Positions 1-13,653 of a stretch of 64,000 nt of DNA are shown one piece after another. The position numbers were made by a program, and so were the translations under genes. The notes under the pieces were generated by a model. The model saw only the letters and a program-made list of their open reading frames with translations. It did no database searches and was not told where the DNA came from. Source of the DNA: Octopus vulgaris (lineage: Eukaryota). The stretch's first letter is position 1. The number at the start of each line of letters is the position of its first letter. The stretch lies in NCBI GenBank assembly GCA_951406725.2, contig OX597823.1, positions 36,580,001 to 36,644,000 on the forward strand, in the 5' to 3' direction.

Positions 1-79
1 CTTGGTGTATAAGTCAATCTACCCTTTTTTGTTGTAAATGTTCGTCTGAAAAATTCAACTTATGTACTGGAAAACACAG
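1..79. mobile_element. Right end of a pogo/Tc2-like DNA transposon or MITE, truncated by the window start
   Basis: Ends ...caacttatgtactggaaaacacag|TA, a decayed match to the pogo-type terminus ...gacttatacgccggaaaatacgg|TA, with a TA flank. Confidence 0.45.
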
Positions 80-1968
80 TAAAGCATGCTATTGTGCCAT
101 GGTGGCATTCTCACATGCATTCCTCTGTGTCCCTTATTGTAAACTTGCTTTGTCTGTCACATATTGTTCCTTTTTCTATTTACTTATCCTTATTGACTTG
201 ATTCTACTTCTCATGTTCTAAACTATGCAGTGGTACTACAGTAACTTTCTTCATCTCTGTTACTCTGTACTCCTCCTCTTACATTTCCTCCTCTTACTTC
301 CTCTTCTTTAATTTCCATTCAGTTTCCTTTCTTACCATTCAGTTCATTTCTTCATAGCCTTCTCTTTCATGTCACTGCCTCCTCCATCTCAGCCCTTTCT
401 TTATGTCTCTTCTCTCTTTTTCATTGTCCTTGTCTTCTCATCTCTCTCTCAGCTTCTAGATGCACAAAACATGATTTATTTAACTTCAGAGAAATGTCTC
501 ATTCTTCTGTTAGTCATTAGGATTGTTTTACTGTCAGCCTATATAAAAAAAAAACAGAAAGGTTTTTCCTGTTGGAATGATCACTAACATTCACTGCAAC
601 ATTGGTTAAAGGCATGTGGAAGAGGAGGACAGTATTGGTAATGGTGTTGATTGATATTAGAAGGAATGTCTGTAGAATATGAAATGGGAAATGAATGGAT
701 CACAAACTAATTAAGTATTCAGCTTAGCACTTGATAGGATTTCATTTCTTTTCTTGATGTGGACAGTTAACTAAAGGAAAAAGAAAAAAAATATTGTTAC
801 AGGGGATGGTCAAACTTGTAAATTAGATACTTACTTGATTGTTGTTGTTTCTATCTTAACTATCAGACAAGAATTTAGCCTAAAAATGCCTGAAGCCATA
901 GCAACAGTCAGCTGCTTGCTACATTTATCTCATTTTCTTGTATTTTAGATTGAGAAAATATTTCACGGGAGTCTGCTTTAATCTTTCTTTTTTTTTTCTT
1001 TAGTAATAGAATCAGTGATAATGGGCTAAGAAGATCCCACTGTAATGATATTTGTTATTTGGCAAATTCTTACACTCTTGTCTTCACTTTCAACAGAATT
1101 AGTCTTTATTAATATACAGATTAGCTGTCATTCTTAATTGATATATCCAATATCTTAAACATTATCACTAACATATATTATTCACAGATTAAAATTTTCT
1201 TTTTTTTTCTACATTTATAATACTTTGGCCAAAAATAATGCTGATTTTCAGTAAATATGAAAAGTGTGTCCGTGTCCGTCCAGCTGTCTCCAAGAAACTT
1301 GCTGTGAAATAGGTGATCTGTTACCAATAGTAGACTAGAAATTGAGTCATCTGTATTATTGAGTCTTAACTATTCTTAGGGAACTCTTTGTAGCTTTTCT
1401 GTCTTCATTTAGATTTGGTATATATTTCAGGAATTTTAATTTCATTTCCACTTGGGGCTTGGTGGACCTGTCTTCAAACTGGTAGCTCAAGTAGAAAGGT
1501 GCAGCCTTATTGTCAAAATGTGTTAGGTAGCTATTACCTAAATAACATATTTGCCTACATATTACATACAATACACAAGCTCTACCTACCCTTTTAATTC
1601 ACTGTTACTGAAGGCAATAGATCTCAAAGATACTTTTTGCTTCTCTGTAACTTGGCAATTATCCAACAGTAAAAAATTTCTCCCCTCCCCATTCCAATAA
1701 TGACAGTACTAAGCTTTCTTGTGATATTCATAAAATTAGCAATCCCTTCATTACAGTGTTACAAAAAAAACACATCCTCACACCTTCTTACATCAGGTTT
1801 TGAATTCTGTTATCAATAATTGATTCTATAGATATTGGATTGGTAAGGTAGTTTTTGGTTTAAGCACTTAATCTAAGGAATTCCAAGTAAAACAGTTTAC
1901 CTTTAACTAAATTGAACATTGAATATGGCTGAAAATGAATGTAAATATACTAATGTAATTTAGACTTT

Positions 1969-1969
<1 letters not shown>

Positions 1970-2023
<54 letters not shown>

Positions 2024-2058
2024 GCCACCACCACCACTGCCACCACCACCACCACCCA
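1970..2058. repeat. Compound microsatellite (CTA)n-(CCA)n
   Basis: Seen directly. Confidence 0.95.
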
Positions 2059-4420
2059 CATTAATATCCTGCATCAAGTAGCATTGTCTTTAATAATCAC
2101 CAATCATAATTGTCATCATCCTCATCATCAGCTGCAACAGCAACATCAGTGGTGGTTCAATATGAACATACTAATGGTATTTCTATTCAACATGACTGGT
2201 GCAATTTGATTAAGTGTAAAAACATAGTTGGATGATGTAACAAGTAATTAACATTGAGATATCTTCCTCAATACCAGCTTCTCAGACTACAAACTACTTT
2301 GTTACAAAAAAATTACAGGAAAAATGACAGAAAATTGTGAGAGTTCAGTGTTTATAATTAAGACTGGCATTTAACTACTGACTGTAGTAATTTTTACTTA
2401 ATCTCAGCCACAGCCTTAAAGCCCCATTTCATTGAAAATATAGAATTAAAAATAGTCTTTTTAAACATAATACCATCTTTAAAAATATTAATGCCATGGG
2501 GCTTCATGGAACCATGTGTGAAAAAAGGTGCATTTAATTCAAGTACGAATGGCTTGATTTAATCTAAAATTAAAATCTTTATATTTAATCATAGAAAATA
2601 TCAATTATTTTTGAGGGGGTGTCTTATTTATTTATTTATTTATTTATTTATTCATTTAGTTGCTTTTGAAAAATGTTTTAAGTTCATTGAAATAGTCTCC
2701 TTAGGTAACAATAACATATTGTTCAGTTTGCTTGCGGTTGTTTATTCTTGCTGTAGACTGTTATAGGTATAAACTAATTAAAGGAAATTTGTTCAAATAT
2801 TAGCTCAACCAAATATGTGACTTGGTAGAAGTCAAGGCACAGGTTTTCCTTCTTTGTTTTGCTGCTGGTGCTTGTGGTTCAAGACAGTTCTATTCACACC
2901 AACAGGTTTTAGTTCTTATTTATAAATTTAATGGTTTTTAAAATTTATTTGTTAGTCTTAGAATATAGAGCTGAGCAATGGTTTTTACCTCAATGAACTC
3001 ATAAGAATTCTTTCCAATTAAATAGAATCTTGGACATTGTTAAATGTAGTTGGTGTTTAGTTTAAAATTGTTATTAATTAATGTTTATTTGAAAGCTGTC
3101 AGCAAGCAAGCAGTTATATTTCAAGAGGGGAATGCCTTTGTACAGTATGGTGTACTTTAAAAGAGTGGAGTAACATAGAGTATGTTTAGATGGCAAATTG
3201 TCTTTTGTTGGTGAGATGTAACACAATTTGACATTGCCCAAGAAGTTACAGATCTGGCAATGGCAAATGATAGGCTGTTGGATATTTGCATATCAGACAT
3301 AAACCGTTCCTAGAATGAATAGTGTGTGTGTGTGATCTGAACATACTACACCAGGAAAAATCCACCCAACATTGCCTATGTCTTACAGTGTGGACTGATT
3401 TTATTATAGTGCCACATCAACACTAGGGGTTGCATGAAACAAGATTTAGGTGACCCCTGCTAATATCTAATCTGTCAGGTCTTTATCACATTTGTTCACC
3501 TCTCTCTCTCTCTCTCTCAGTATTACAACTTACTACATCTCTATGTATTTAATCATCAGATTACAAATTGACAATTTCACAGCAAATTGTAATTCTGATC
3601 TTTCTTGTCTTCCATACATGCGCGTGTATTACTCTACTTTCAGTATTGAGTTCTTGTTATTGCTTGTTGATGGGTCTTTTAATATAATAAATTTGTTTCA
3701 TATATTATATCTACTGTTTCTGTTATTTTATATATTATATATGTAGTGTTTCTGCCTTGAGGCTACATTCCCTGGCAGGCATCACCTCCTCACTCCTTCA
3801 CAAAACCTCAACCTGAAAGGATGCAATTAACAGAAGTTAAAGAATGAAAGTCAACATTGAATCTTCTGAATCTTAAACACTTTGTGTGTGTGTGTGTGTG
3901 TGTGTGTGTACACGCGCACATGCTAATCTTAGATCTTAGTTTACGACATCTGAGGCAATGTTTTGTTGCTTTAAAATGTGTTAAAAGATTTATGGCAAAT
4001 GAAAAAGAAAAATGGTTGTTTGTATATTGTGTGCATGTGTTTATGTGCATCTTTATACTATTTGTGAGATTAACCAAGTAAAAGTTCTAGTGGAATATTC
4101 ATTAAAAGACAATTATAAAAATCTGTCCAGGTTTAGTACTGTTGATATAAAGAGGGAAATTGGTGTATTTTGTTGGCAATGCTCAAGTCATTTATTTATA
4201 CAGAAGGCCAAAAGGTTGTTTCTTAAAACCATTGTAGATTATTTGGAAGTAGAAATACCACTGATATATGAGATTTTAGAGTAGACATCAAATAGACAAG
4301 ATGAAACTAGTTACCTAAATATTGTGTGTAGGGGTGGGTGCTCTAGTGGCACATAATATATCACAGTTTTTAGATAGAAACTTATTAAATATGTTTCAAT
4401 AAATGAATTTACATTTATAG

Positions 4421-4513
4421 TGTTTGGTTGACACTTTAGGGCAATGTGACATTTAACCTTATCACACCATTTACAGAAAAGGGTCCACAAAAATATATTC
4501 ACATTACTTTCAA
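4421..4513 (+). repeat. Left arm of a perfect 93-bp inverted repeat (partner 6752-6844)
   Basis: tgtttggttgacac...acattactttcaa is the exact reverse complement of 6752-6844. Confidence 0.95.
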
Positions 4514-4658
4514 TATGACGTATAGAATTACTTAATTCTGTGTATAGAGATCCAGTGGGGTTTCTATAAAGGTAGTTGTTTTCTAAACCTTATAGATTTA
4601 TCTGTTTTGTGCTCAAATATAGGGTAAAAAAAGAAAAAGAAAACTTCTACCTGTGTGT

Positions 4659-4660
<2 letters not shown>

Positions 4661-4703
<43 letters not shown>

Positions 4704-4996
4704 AAATGGGACAAGAACGCAAAACATCCAGACAGTTAGGTGATACAAGAAAGGGATAACAAAACATCCAGATAGACAATAGAAAGAAAACAACGACGGG
4801 TCATTCAGAGTTCTCTTTCCTCAGTCGAGTTCCAGATTATCTTTGCAATTTCAGCTTGTTATACTTGAGATTGCTCCAATCTGGCCAGCCCCCAAAAAAA
4901 CTAAGCTAAGAACATTAGATTCCTTGGAAGAAAGCAGCAAAGGTATATGAAAACAAGGACGGGAAAAAACAGAGAATGCACATGCACAAGCGTGCG

Positions 4997-5081
<85 letters not shown>
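4661..5081. repeat. (TA)n, then a ~280-bp probable dispersed repeat, then (CA)n(CT)n
   Basis: Microsatellites seen directly. The middle segment resembles a common octopus interspersed repeat (recall only). Confidence 0.6.
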
Positions 5082-5084
<3 letters not shown>

Positions 5085-6475
5085 ATGGTTTTTACATGTG
5101 AAAATGTTAAAGTGCTTATTTATTATGCACCTGAGGTGTGTAGAGTTGGGTGTATATGTATTAATATTGAATAAGTGTACCACTAAATCTATACCCTTAT
5201 TTCACACCTAGGTCTTCATGAAATATTTTTTTGTTTATTGTTTTCCTTGATTTGAAGTTGATGGATGGAAGTAGTTGATATCATTGATGGGATGTCACTA
5301 TATGACTATTGGTGTTTGACTATCATTAGTGTCTTAAGTTCTTGTTGGCAGATGTCTATCACCTAAGTAGTCTGTTGTGGTAGTTTAAACCTCAGGTTAA
5401 ACCTAATTAAGCAGAACAAATCTATGGGGAAAGGCATTCTTGCTATGACTCAGTTGCCTTTTTTAGTGCTATGATATGTTTTATCTTTTCCTAAGATGGG
5501 TGTTATTGTGATTTGAGGGAGATTTGATTGCTTTTTCCAGCAGGTTGATCAACTATGTAGAAATTCTCACAATGACTCAGTAGTTAAGGGAAGGCTTAGA
5601 TGCCATTGATCAGGTCATGGTAGTAATAGTTGTTGTTATTGTAGTAGCTGCAGCCCTAGATCAGCTGTGAGAGGACAGATCTTTCAGCTCTGACCGATCT
5701 CATTTTTCTTGCAGACATATTGTGTCTAGATTCACTCTATCCAAGGTGGCATTTTTTTTTTTACCTTTTTAAAAGATTGTGTGGTATAATTAGAAGGAAT
5801 ATTTAGCTGTGTTTTCTTGTGATTATTTAAAGCACCCACTCACTCTTATGTTAGCTAGTTGCAGACCTCATCTATGTGCAGTTTCTTCTACTTACCAGTA
5901 ATTTAAACAACTTAATTATTCACAGCTTGAATTTTTACCTGACTGCTTCACTTTAACTTAATCTTTACTCAGTTTCACCTTATATCATTACAGATGTGTC
6001 AGGAGTAGCTGGATTGTATTTCCTCATCTTTTATATATGCTGATTCTTTCTCCTTTTCTTAGCATCCCACCTCTTCAAATTTTACCAATTTTTTCAGTTA
6101 CTTCTCACTTATATAGTTTTTACTCTCAACTAATGTTTACTTCTTCAAAAATTTTATTACATATTTTATTTTTGAATAAAAATTTCAGTCATTCAATAAT
6201 TTTTTTCCAGTAATTTATGTCTTATTTCTGTAGACATTTTCTCCTCTCATGATTTTAGTAGAGAGAATATATGCGCGTGCACACACACAAATTTAATTTA
6301 TTCTCTTTCTTTTACCCTCTCACACATATATCCAATACATGCATGAAATTGTAATTAAATATAAATTTAAAAAACTGATTGATTTCTTCAAGCATTATAA
6401 CAAATGTGTTAAACAAGAACTTGTATTGTGATTGCCCTATGAGAGGTTATTATTATTGTTGTTGTTGTTGTTGAA

Positions 6476-6688
6476 AAGCAGTGAACTGGCAGAATCGTTT
6501 GCACGCTGTGCAAAATGCTTAGTGACATTTCATCCGTCTTTATGTTCTGAGTCCAAATTTCACTATGGTCGACTTTGCCTTTTAGCCTTTCAGGTCCAAT
6601 AAAATATGCAGAAGTTGATCACTGGAGTTGATGTAATTAACTTGCCTCTTTTCTGAAATTGCTGGCCTTGTGTCAAAATTTGAAGACA
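6476..6688 (+). mobile_element. tRNA-derived SINE (CORE/OR-type octopus family)
   Basis: Head ggcagaatcgttt.., B-box-like gttctgagtccaaatt, core gtcgactttgcctt, tail ctggccttgtgtcaaaatttgaa. Homologous copies at 34625-35090(-), 49971-50154(-), 51480-51665(+). Confidence 0.8.
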
Positions 6689-6751
6689 TTATTATTATTG
6701 TTGATGATGTGTGGGAGACAATAACAGAGGAGAGGTACTAATTGCATGTAT

Positions 6752-6844
6752 TTGAAAGTAATGTGAATATATTTTTGTGGACCCTTTTCTGTAAATGGTG
6801 TGATAAGGTTAAATGTCACATTGCCCTAAAGTGTCAACCAAACA
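6752..6844 (-). repeat. Right arm of a perfect 93-bp inverted repeat (partner 4421-4513)
   Basis: Exact reverse complement of 4421-4513. Confidence 0.95.
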
Positions 6845-7262
6845 ATTTTGTTTCAATTAACAATTTGTTTACATCTTGATGTTACTTTGAAACTTTTATT
6901 TCTGTATTAATATGGAAATTTATTCTAGAAATACCTGGATATTTGCTGGTCATTTGTACTATGATGTCCTCACTTAAAAGTGAATGTTATTTGGTATAAG
7001 AATAATTTTAGTGTTGTAATTAGCTGATTGAAAAGAATGAATAATAAAATTGAGGTAAAAGTGAAAATAGTCAATTTGTTATTCATTTATAGTTTGTGTG
7101 TGTGAAGCGATCACAATTTGTCTGGTGGTAGGATGGGTGAGTGTGTACATATATATCTCTGTATGCCTAAATGGGTATTTCTGGGTGTAGTCACAGCTTT
7201 TCTGTATATATGCATGCATTCATGAGTGTGTGTGTGTGTATGTATGTATATATATATATATA

Positions 7263-8415
7263 TCTTTATATATATATAAAACTGAGAATGTGTGTCTCTC
7301 TGTCTGTTTCCTTAAAACTTGAGAACTACACAACCAATTTCATTCAAATTTTACACATGCCTTACTTAGGGTCCGGGGAGTGTCATCGGCAAAAAATTTT
7401 AAAACTTTTTGCATAGGGCGAGCCCACAGCAATCTTCTCCACTACGATTCCCTAAAACTTGAGAACTACACAACCAATTCCATTCAAATTTTACACATGT
7501 CTTACTTAGGGTCCATGTAGTTTCATGGGCAAAAAAAATGTTCACCTTCTTGCCTAGAAAACCCATAGAATATCATATCTTCTCCACTATTTCAGTGTTA
7601 CGTGTTCAAAGTGAAACAAAAACATTTCTCTATTTTATGTCAGATACTTTCACTTTAACAATAAAAAATAATAATAACAATTGAATTATATGTAGTAAGT
7701 AATAATTAAAATCAAACTAAAGTAACATAACAAAAGTAAAAATAGCAATTGGTATAAAATTGCATCAATGATTTGAACTTGAATAAGTGGTTTCACATGA
7801 ATGGGAATAAATTAAAAATAAAATTAGCGTGCAGAAATGGAATAGTCCAGATGGATAATAAAAAATTAAATTAAAGAAAAGACTATTGTCTATAAAGTAT
7901 ACAATGTAGAGAAAAAAGAAGATTTTAACACATGGAGGAAAGCACCTTCGAAAAGTCTCTTGGTGCGACTATGAAAGGTATCTAATCAGAGGCGGTAAAT
8001 TCGCCACTATAGAAGGCAAGGTTCGAGTCAACGGAGCGTGCAAGGGAGTACTCGACTCGAACTTGCAAAGTGGAAATATTTAATTTTTACCTTTATATCT
8101 GGGACGTAGGATGTCCTGGAAAAAAATTTTTAAATGCCCCCCCCCCCCCCACCTCCCGAAGTAGAGGTAGGCTGGATTGTAGCCAAAGAGGGAGGACAAG
8201 ATACAATTGATTGGAATTACAAGAGACGGGCTAACAATTCCAGTCTGTTATATATTTTGAGTATTGTTATCACTAGCGATATCAAGCTATAACTTTGTAT
8301 TTTGTATTTTATGTGTAGATGTATATATATAGATGTACATGTGATATGTACACATATATCCACATATATACATGCACTAGCACTATGACCCGGCAACGAC
8401 TGGTCTATAATGCTA

Positions 8416-8416
<1 letters not shown>
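7263..8416 (+). mobile_element. Non-autonomous Helitron-type element
   Basis: A|TC 5' end followed by tatataaaactgagaatgtgtgtctctctgtctgt; 3' hairpin gacccggcaacgactggtc (8387-8405) then CTAG|T; internal duplication ~7311-7374 and ~7452-7514. Confidence 0.75.
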
Positions 8417-8463
<47 letters not shown>

Positions 8464-8464
<1 letters not shown>

Positions 8465-8759
8465 GAGGCGCAATGGCCCAGTGGTTAGGGCAGCGGACTT
8501 GCGGTCATAGGATCACGGTTTCGATTCCTAGACTAGGCATTGTGAGTGTTTATTGAGCGAAAACACCTAAAACTTTACGAGGCTCCAGCAGGGGTGGTGG
8601 CAATCCCTGCTGTACTCTTTCGCCGCAATTTTCTCTCACTCTTTCTTCTGTTGGCCTGCTCGCTTAGCCACCGGGGTGGCGTCATTTAAAGGCTAAAGCA
8701 ATGCGAAACGCATTGTGACCAGCGATGTGTAGCAACATCTGATAGCCTGGTCGGTCACG

Positions 8760-8763
<4 letters not shown>
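8464..8763 (+). mobile_element. Near full-length tRNA-derived SINE inserted in (TA)n/(TG)n
   Basis: A box TGGCCCAGTGG (8474-8484), B box GGTTTCGATTCC (8517-8528), non-tRNA body, CpG-rich relative to surroundings. Confidence 0.85.
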
Positions 8764-8805
<42 letters not shown>

Positions 8806-9289
8806 TGTAGTTAGATATACAGGCTATAAATGTATCTGTCTTACATGTGCCATTATAAAGTAAATATGGCTAAATATTCTTAATAGCAATTCTTACATCT
8901 TTTCAATTGATCTCTATTTATTACTGATATTTATTGTGAATGTTCAGAAACCATAGTTCAAATGGTAACCAACATTTTAGGAAGGTTTCATTGCTCTAAA
9001 AAAGTAGCTATCATCTGCAAATATAAAATGGGCCATTAGGTCATCTGTCTGGAACTAATAAAAGCAGATGTTAAAAATTCTTGAATTGGAAAACTGATAA
9101 CATGTCTGCTTCGTTCCATAATTGAATGAAATATAATTTTAGAAAGTAACATTCCTTGTTAAAGTTCTAATGTAGTCTTGTTAGTTTTCTGTTTGGTGGC
9201 CTACCCTCTTGAAATTGAAAATCTTTTCTATAACTTGAAGATTTAGAATTCTTGTTGTCGTTACTATTATTGTTATTAGGGTGGTGGAA

Positions 9290-9787
9290 TGATCACAGTA
9301 TATCTCCAGAGGTCTTTGTCTCTTGTCATTGCTTCTATGCAGCCCATCGTTTGAAGGTTGTGCTTCACCACCTCATCCCATGTCTTCCTGGGTCTCCCTC
9401 TTCCACAGGTTCCTTCCAGTCTTAGTGAGTGACACTTCTTCACACAGCTCGCTTCATCCATACACAGTACGTGACCATAACAGCGCAGTCGTCTCTCTTG
9501 CACACCACATCTGATGCTTCTTATATCCAACATTTCCCTCAGGGTGCTTACACTGTTGTGTGTGCACACTGATATTACACATCCAGCAGATCATACTAGC
9601 TTCATTTCTTTCAAGTCTACATATATCCCCAACACTCATGGCCCATGTTTCACTGCCATGTAGCATAACAATATGAACACACCTATCATACAGTCTAGCT
9701 TTCACTCTGAGTGAAAGACCCTTTGTCACCAGTAGAGGTAGGAGCTTTCTGAACTTTGCCCATGCTATTCTTATGCTAATTAATTAC
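9290..9787 (-). pseudogene. RTE-clade LINE reverse transcriptase C-terminal fragment, frameshifted
   Basis: Motifs LSLRVKARLY..MLHGSETW..LERNEASMI and RRLRCYGHV..GRGRPRKTWDEVV in ORFs 9454-9729 and 9276-9569. Confidence 0.9.
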
Positions 9788-9789
9788 TC

Positions 9790-10668
9790 CAGTGATCTTT
9801 CTTGTCAGTATACTTTTTCAGGATGATATTTTTCTACAAATTCAGAAAAATACTGCCACTTTGCCAACACTGCCATTATGTCACTCATAGAGATACCCTT
9901 CTCCACTACCCTGTCCTCCTTCAGAAACCAGTCTCTTCAACTGAATCTAAATGTTGCTCCTGAAGTTGCAGGAGTTCATCTGTTGTCACCTCCTCTGAGT
10001 ATTCCTTCATGAGATCATTAGTGACCCCATCATCAGCCTCAAGGCCCATGGACTTGCTATGGACAGGTGTCTCAGAATCAAACCCCTTCAAGTATCTTTT
10101 GGATATGCAGCCAGGCCACAATTTCCTCAATGCAGAATTCAGCATTCTCCTTCTTATACCCTGCCAGGCCATATCAATGATTTTCAGGCAGTTAACAATG
10201 TTGTAGTGCTCCTTCCAAAACTCACAAATGGTTAGATTTGTATTTTTGGTAACTTCAAAGCACCAACAAAACAGGTGTTTGGTGCACAATTTCTTAAAAT
10301 TTGAAATCACCTGTTGGTCCATGGGCTGCATGATAGGGGTGGCATTGCATGAAAGATATAGGAACTTTTATGAATTTAAATTCATCCAGGATATCATCTT
10401 TGAAGTTAGGAGGGTGAGCAGGAGCATTATCGAGGATGAGGATGGCCTTGAGAGGAAGATCGTTCTCCAGAAAGTACTTTTTCACTGCTACAATGAGGTA
10501 GTGAAAGTGCTACATGAGATTGACCCGCTCGGTGAAGAATTGCCTGGTGACCCAGGCTTTAATGTTTGCCCTCAACATGACCTGCAGCTTCTCCATTAGG
10601 ATTTTGTGCAACTTGAATGCTTGTGGGTTTTGGGAATGGTAAACAAAGAATGGCTTAATTTTCAAGTG
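9790..10668 (-). pseudogene. Tigger/pogo (DDE_1) transposase fragment
   Basis: LILDNAPAHP and MQPMDQQVISNFKK motifs across frameshifted ORFs 10294-10485 and 9921-10331. Confidence 0.92.
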
Positions 10669-11452
10669 TGAAGTTGTTTTATTTAATTTTCCAAAATGAG
10701 GTTTAACTTTGGTTGAGCCATATTCTCTTGGAATTGGTCATTCTGCCAGACTTACTGTCTGTAACTGTTAGATAATGTTCTATTAGTATGTGATGGAACA
10801 TTATTATGTTGGATCTGTTACATCATCACATTCTAAACTATTCCAATTGTAATTTTGTTCTCCAGAATGTCTTCAATATTTTCACTGACCATTAAGATTT
10901 GTTTTCTTTAATTATAAATGTCAACTTTGGTTCTGATGACCTCAAAACAAATCGACTCATTATGTTCTTTGTAAACCATTTCCTTTCCTGCCAATGATTC
11001 TAAATATCATCATCATCATCATCATTTAATGTCTGCCTTCCGTGCTGGGATGGGTGGGACTGCTGGCAATCAATGTTAGATTACAAGCAAAGTACTATAA
11101 ATAAAAATAACAATTTGAAAATATGCAGCATAAATGTCATTTTCAAGTTCTAAAGTGAATTTTCTCAAAGACAATGACCAGTTCTTTGGTCTTGGATTCC
11201 TCAACTCCGGTTTGCAGAATCAAAGTCCAACATTTATTTTCAAGTATAATGATTTCAATAATTTTTTTTAAGAGTTTACTTAAAAAGTGGATATGTATAA
11301 TAAGTATTTGGTTTGGTCCCCACTTTCTTTTGTATAACAAGTATTTGATTTGTACCACCTTCACTTTGCATTGTCCTCCCTCCTTCATTCTTCATTCTGT
11401 AGTCATGGTGTTGGACAAGTTTAAAAAGTTAGAAACATCTGAATGCTATTAA

Positions 11453-11671
11453 CACTTAAGCATTCAGGTTAGTCTGTCAAATGTAATGCATATCTATTCA
11501 CATTGTTTTGAATTAATCCTGCGTTATTTTGTAACTTTGAGATTTCAATGATGAGACTGCTTATTCTAGAATGATATTGTAGAGCAGGTATGAGAGGTCA
11601 GAGCTGACTGGTTTGAACATAAAACAGGTAGAATATTTGGGCCTGATATTGCCAGTTTAAATGCTAGTGGG
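11453..11671 (-). mobile_element. piggyBac-type MITE (TTAA TSD), family of 40665-40883
   Basis: TTAA at 11449 and 11672; decayed TIRs; reverse-complement similarity to 40665-40883. Confidence 0.8.
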
Positions 11672-12669
11672 TTAAACTTTTATCAAATACTCTAAAGATT
11701 TATGATTTTCATCAGTATTAAAGCAGATTAGTTTTGCTGATCATGTAATTGGTGAATGCCTATAATGAATCAAATCAATAATAAGGTTTTAATTATTATT
11801 TAAACCTGGACATAGCGTAGTGTAGTTAGAATTTTCTTTTTTATGTTTTTAAAAAAAAAACGAAATGAATTTGTTTCCTTTGTACTTGTATTCATTTGAA
11901 AAAGCACATTAATTTCAGTCCTAATCTAATAATCTATATTCTGGCTTTAACATAACTTCTACCTGTATTTTGCAGGTTCACATTAGGTTTTCTGTTTTCA
12001 AATCTTCCTTACCTACCATGCTGTTTTCTCTCATAAATTATGTCTTGTCTGTGATTATTGATAATGGGACTTAAAAACTGAGCTAATAGCATTGACTTGA
12101 GAATCAACTAGGAATATTTATTCAATTTTATCAAATTTATTTTAATTTTTACCCCCCTCTCACTCCTTCCTATTAAAATAGGAGAATAATTTTGAATTTA
12201 TTTAAATCTATTATAAATATTTATCAGTTGGCATAATGGTTCAAAGGTAGCTTTCAGTTTATTCTAATAAACTGCATTCTACTTCAGTTTTTCATTAAAG
12301 CTGTGACTAATGTCTGTTTTTGAAATCACCAGTGTCTTTTAAGAATGAGAGAGAGAAATATGGTTGATAAATTTCAATTTACATTTTAATGGTTGACTTT
12401 ATTGACCTGATTTGATTTGATTTGAGTTTAGAAATGACATGCACCACACCAGAACTCTCTCTCTCTCTCCTCTCCTCTCTCTCTCTTTCCCTCTCTCTCA
12501 GCAGATTTAAGACAAAGAACTGGATAGATCTGACATAGGGTATAAAACAGAGTTAAAGATGCATGCATTAGGAACATGTTCTACTAGTGTTAGGATGTAA
12601 AACTCTCCCAGCATAGTGATGATTGATTACTGAAAATTAATTTTATAACATTGATGTGATAGGATTCCA

Positions 12670-13253
12670 TGAAGACATGGAATGAAGTAGTGAGGACCAG
12701 TCTCAAGACATTGGGCCACACAGAGGAGATGATAATAAACTGAGATGTCTGGTGATATGTGGTTCTTGACAAGACCTGCCCACCTCAGCAAAACTGAGTC
12801 CCTGGCGTACTGTGTGTCCCACCCACATGCAGCATTAAGTTTTCAACACCCTGCCCCAATGAATCAAACTACATCTCCTCTTCCTCACATTTCCTCTTTT
12901 TTATGCAGTGTGCTTATCTCTCCTTCCCCACTCTTGCAGCTCAATCCAGTCCTCCCTACCTTGCTCATTGTATCATTGCTATTCTGTTGTCCTCCCTCCC
13001 CCCATATACTTTATATAACCTCTCATCACCTGGCACAAAGCCACTTCCTCTGATATTCCTTCCTCCAAGGATCTTCATCTTGCAAGTTACTTGGTGACCA
13101 CACCTGTGTGGTTGGCATTAGGAAGAGCATCCAGCTGTAAAAACCATGCCAAACAGGCAGTGGAACTTGGTGCAATCCTCTGTCTTGCCAGCTTCTATCA
13201 AACTGTTCAACCCAAGCCAGCTTGGAAGATGAACATTAAATGATGATGATGAT
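12670..13253 (+). mobile_element. RTE LINE 3' end with (GAT)n tail
   Basis: KTWNEVV..L-like reading, conserved 3'UTR ggttggcattaggaagagcatccagctgtaaaaacc, tail aaatgatgatgatg. Confidence 0.8.
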
Positions 13254-13653
13254 AAATATACTGTTGTCATCTTGGTTCTGCCTTATGTCAGAGGTGAAAT
13301 CTTTAAAAGATTTATCAAAACAGTTTCAAGTGCTGCTTACATGAATCTCTGAGACTTGACTTTCTATTTAAAACCATTTTGATGTGAAGGGGTCAGGGTG
13401 GGGAACCCTCAGAAACAACTTCAATTACTGATAATTTTCTCTAATTAAAATGATATTTCAGAAAGTGATTTTGTATTTGTTTTAAATGTAGTTGTTGATA
13501 GGCAATGAATCTAATCTATCAATATATCTAATTAATAGACTATACAGTTTTATTGATCTCTTTACATTGGAAATGACTATCATCAATGAATGATCAATAT
13601 TTAAAAAAAAAAATGTTATTTTGAAAATGTTTTGTGTTTGTATTTTGTTTTAG

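Noticed and set aside
4790-4890. Possible hammerhead on the minus strand (CTGAGGA..GAA)
   Set aside because: The GAAA core and flanking stems cannot be assembled.
8464-8535. tRNA gene
   Set aside because: A and B boxes are present, but there is no proper acceptor stem and the sequence continues into a SINE body.
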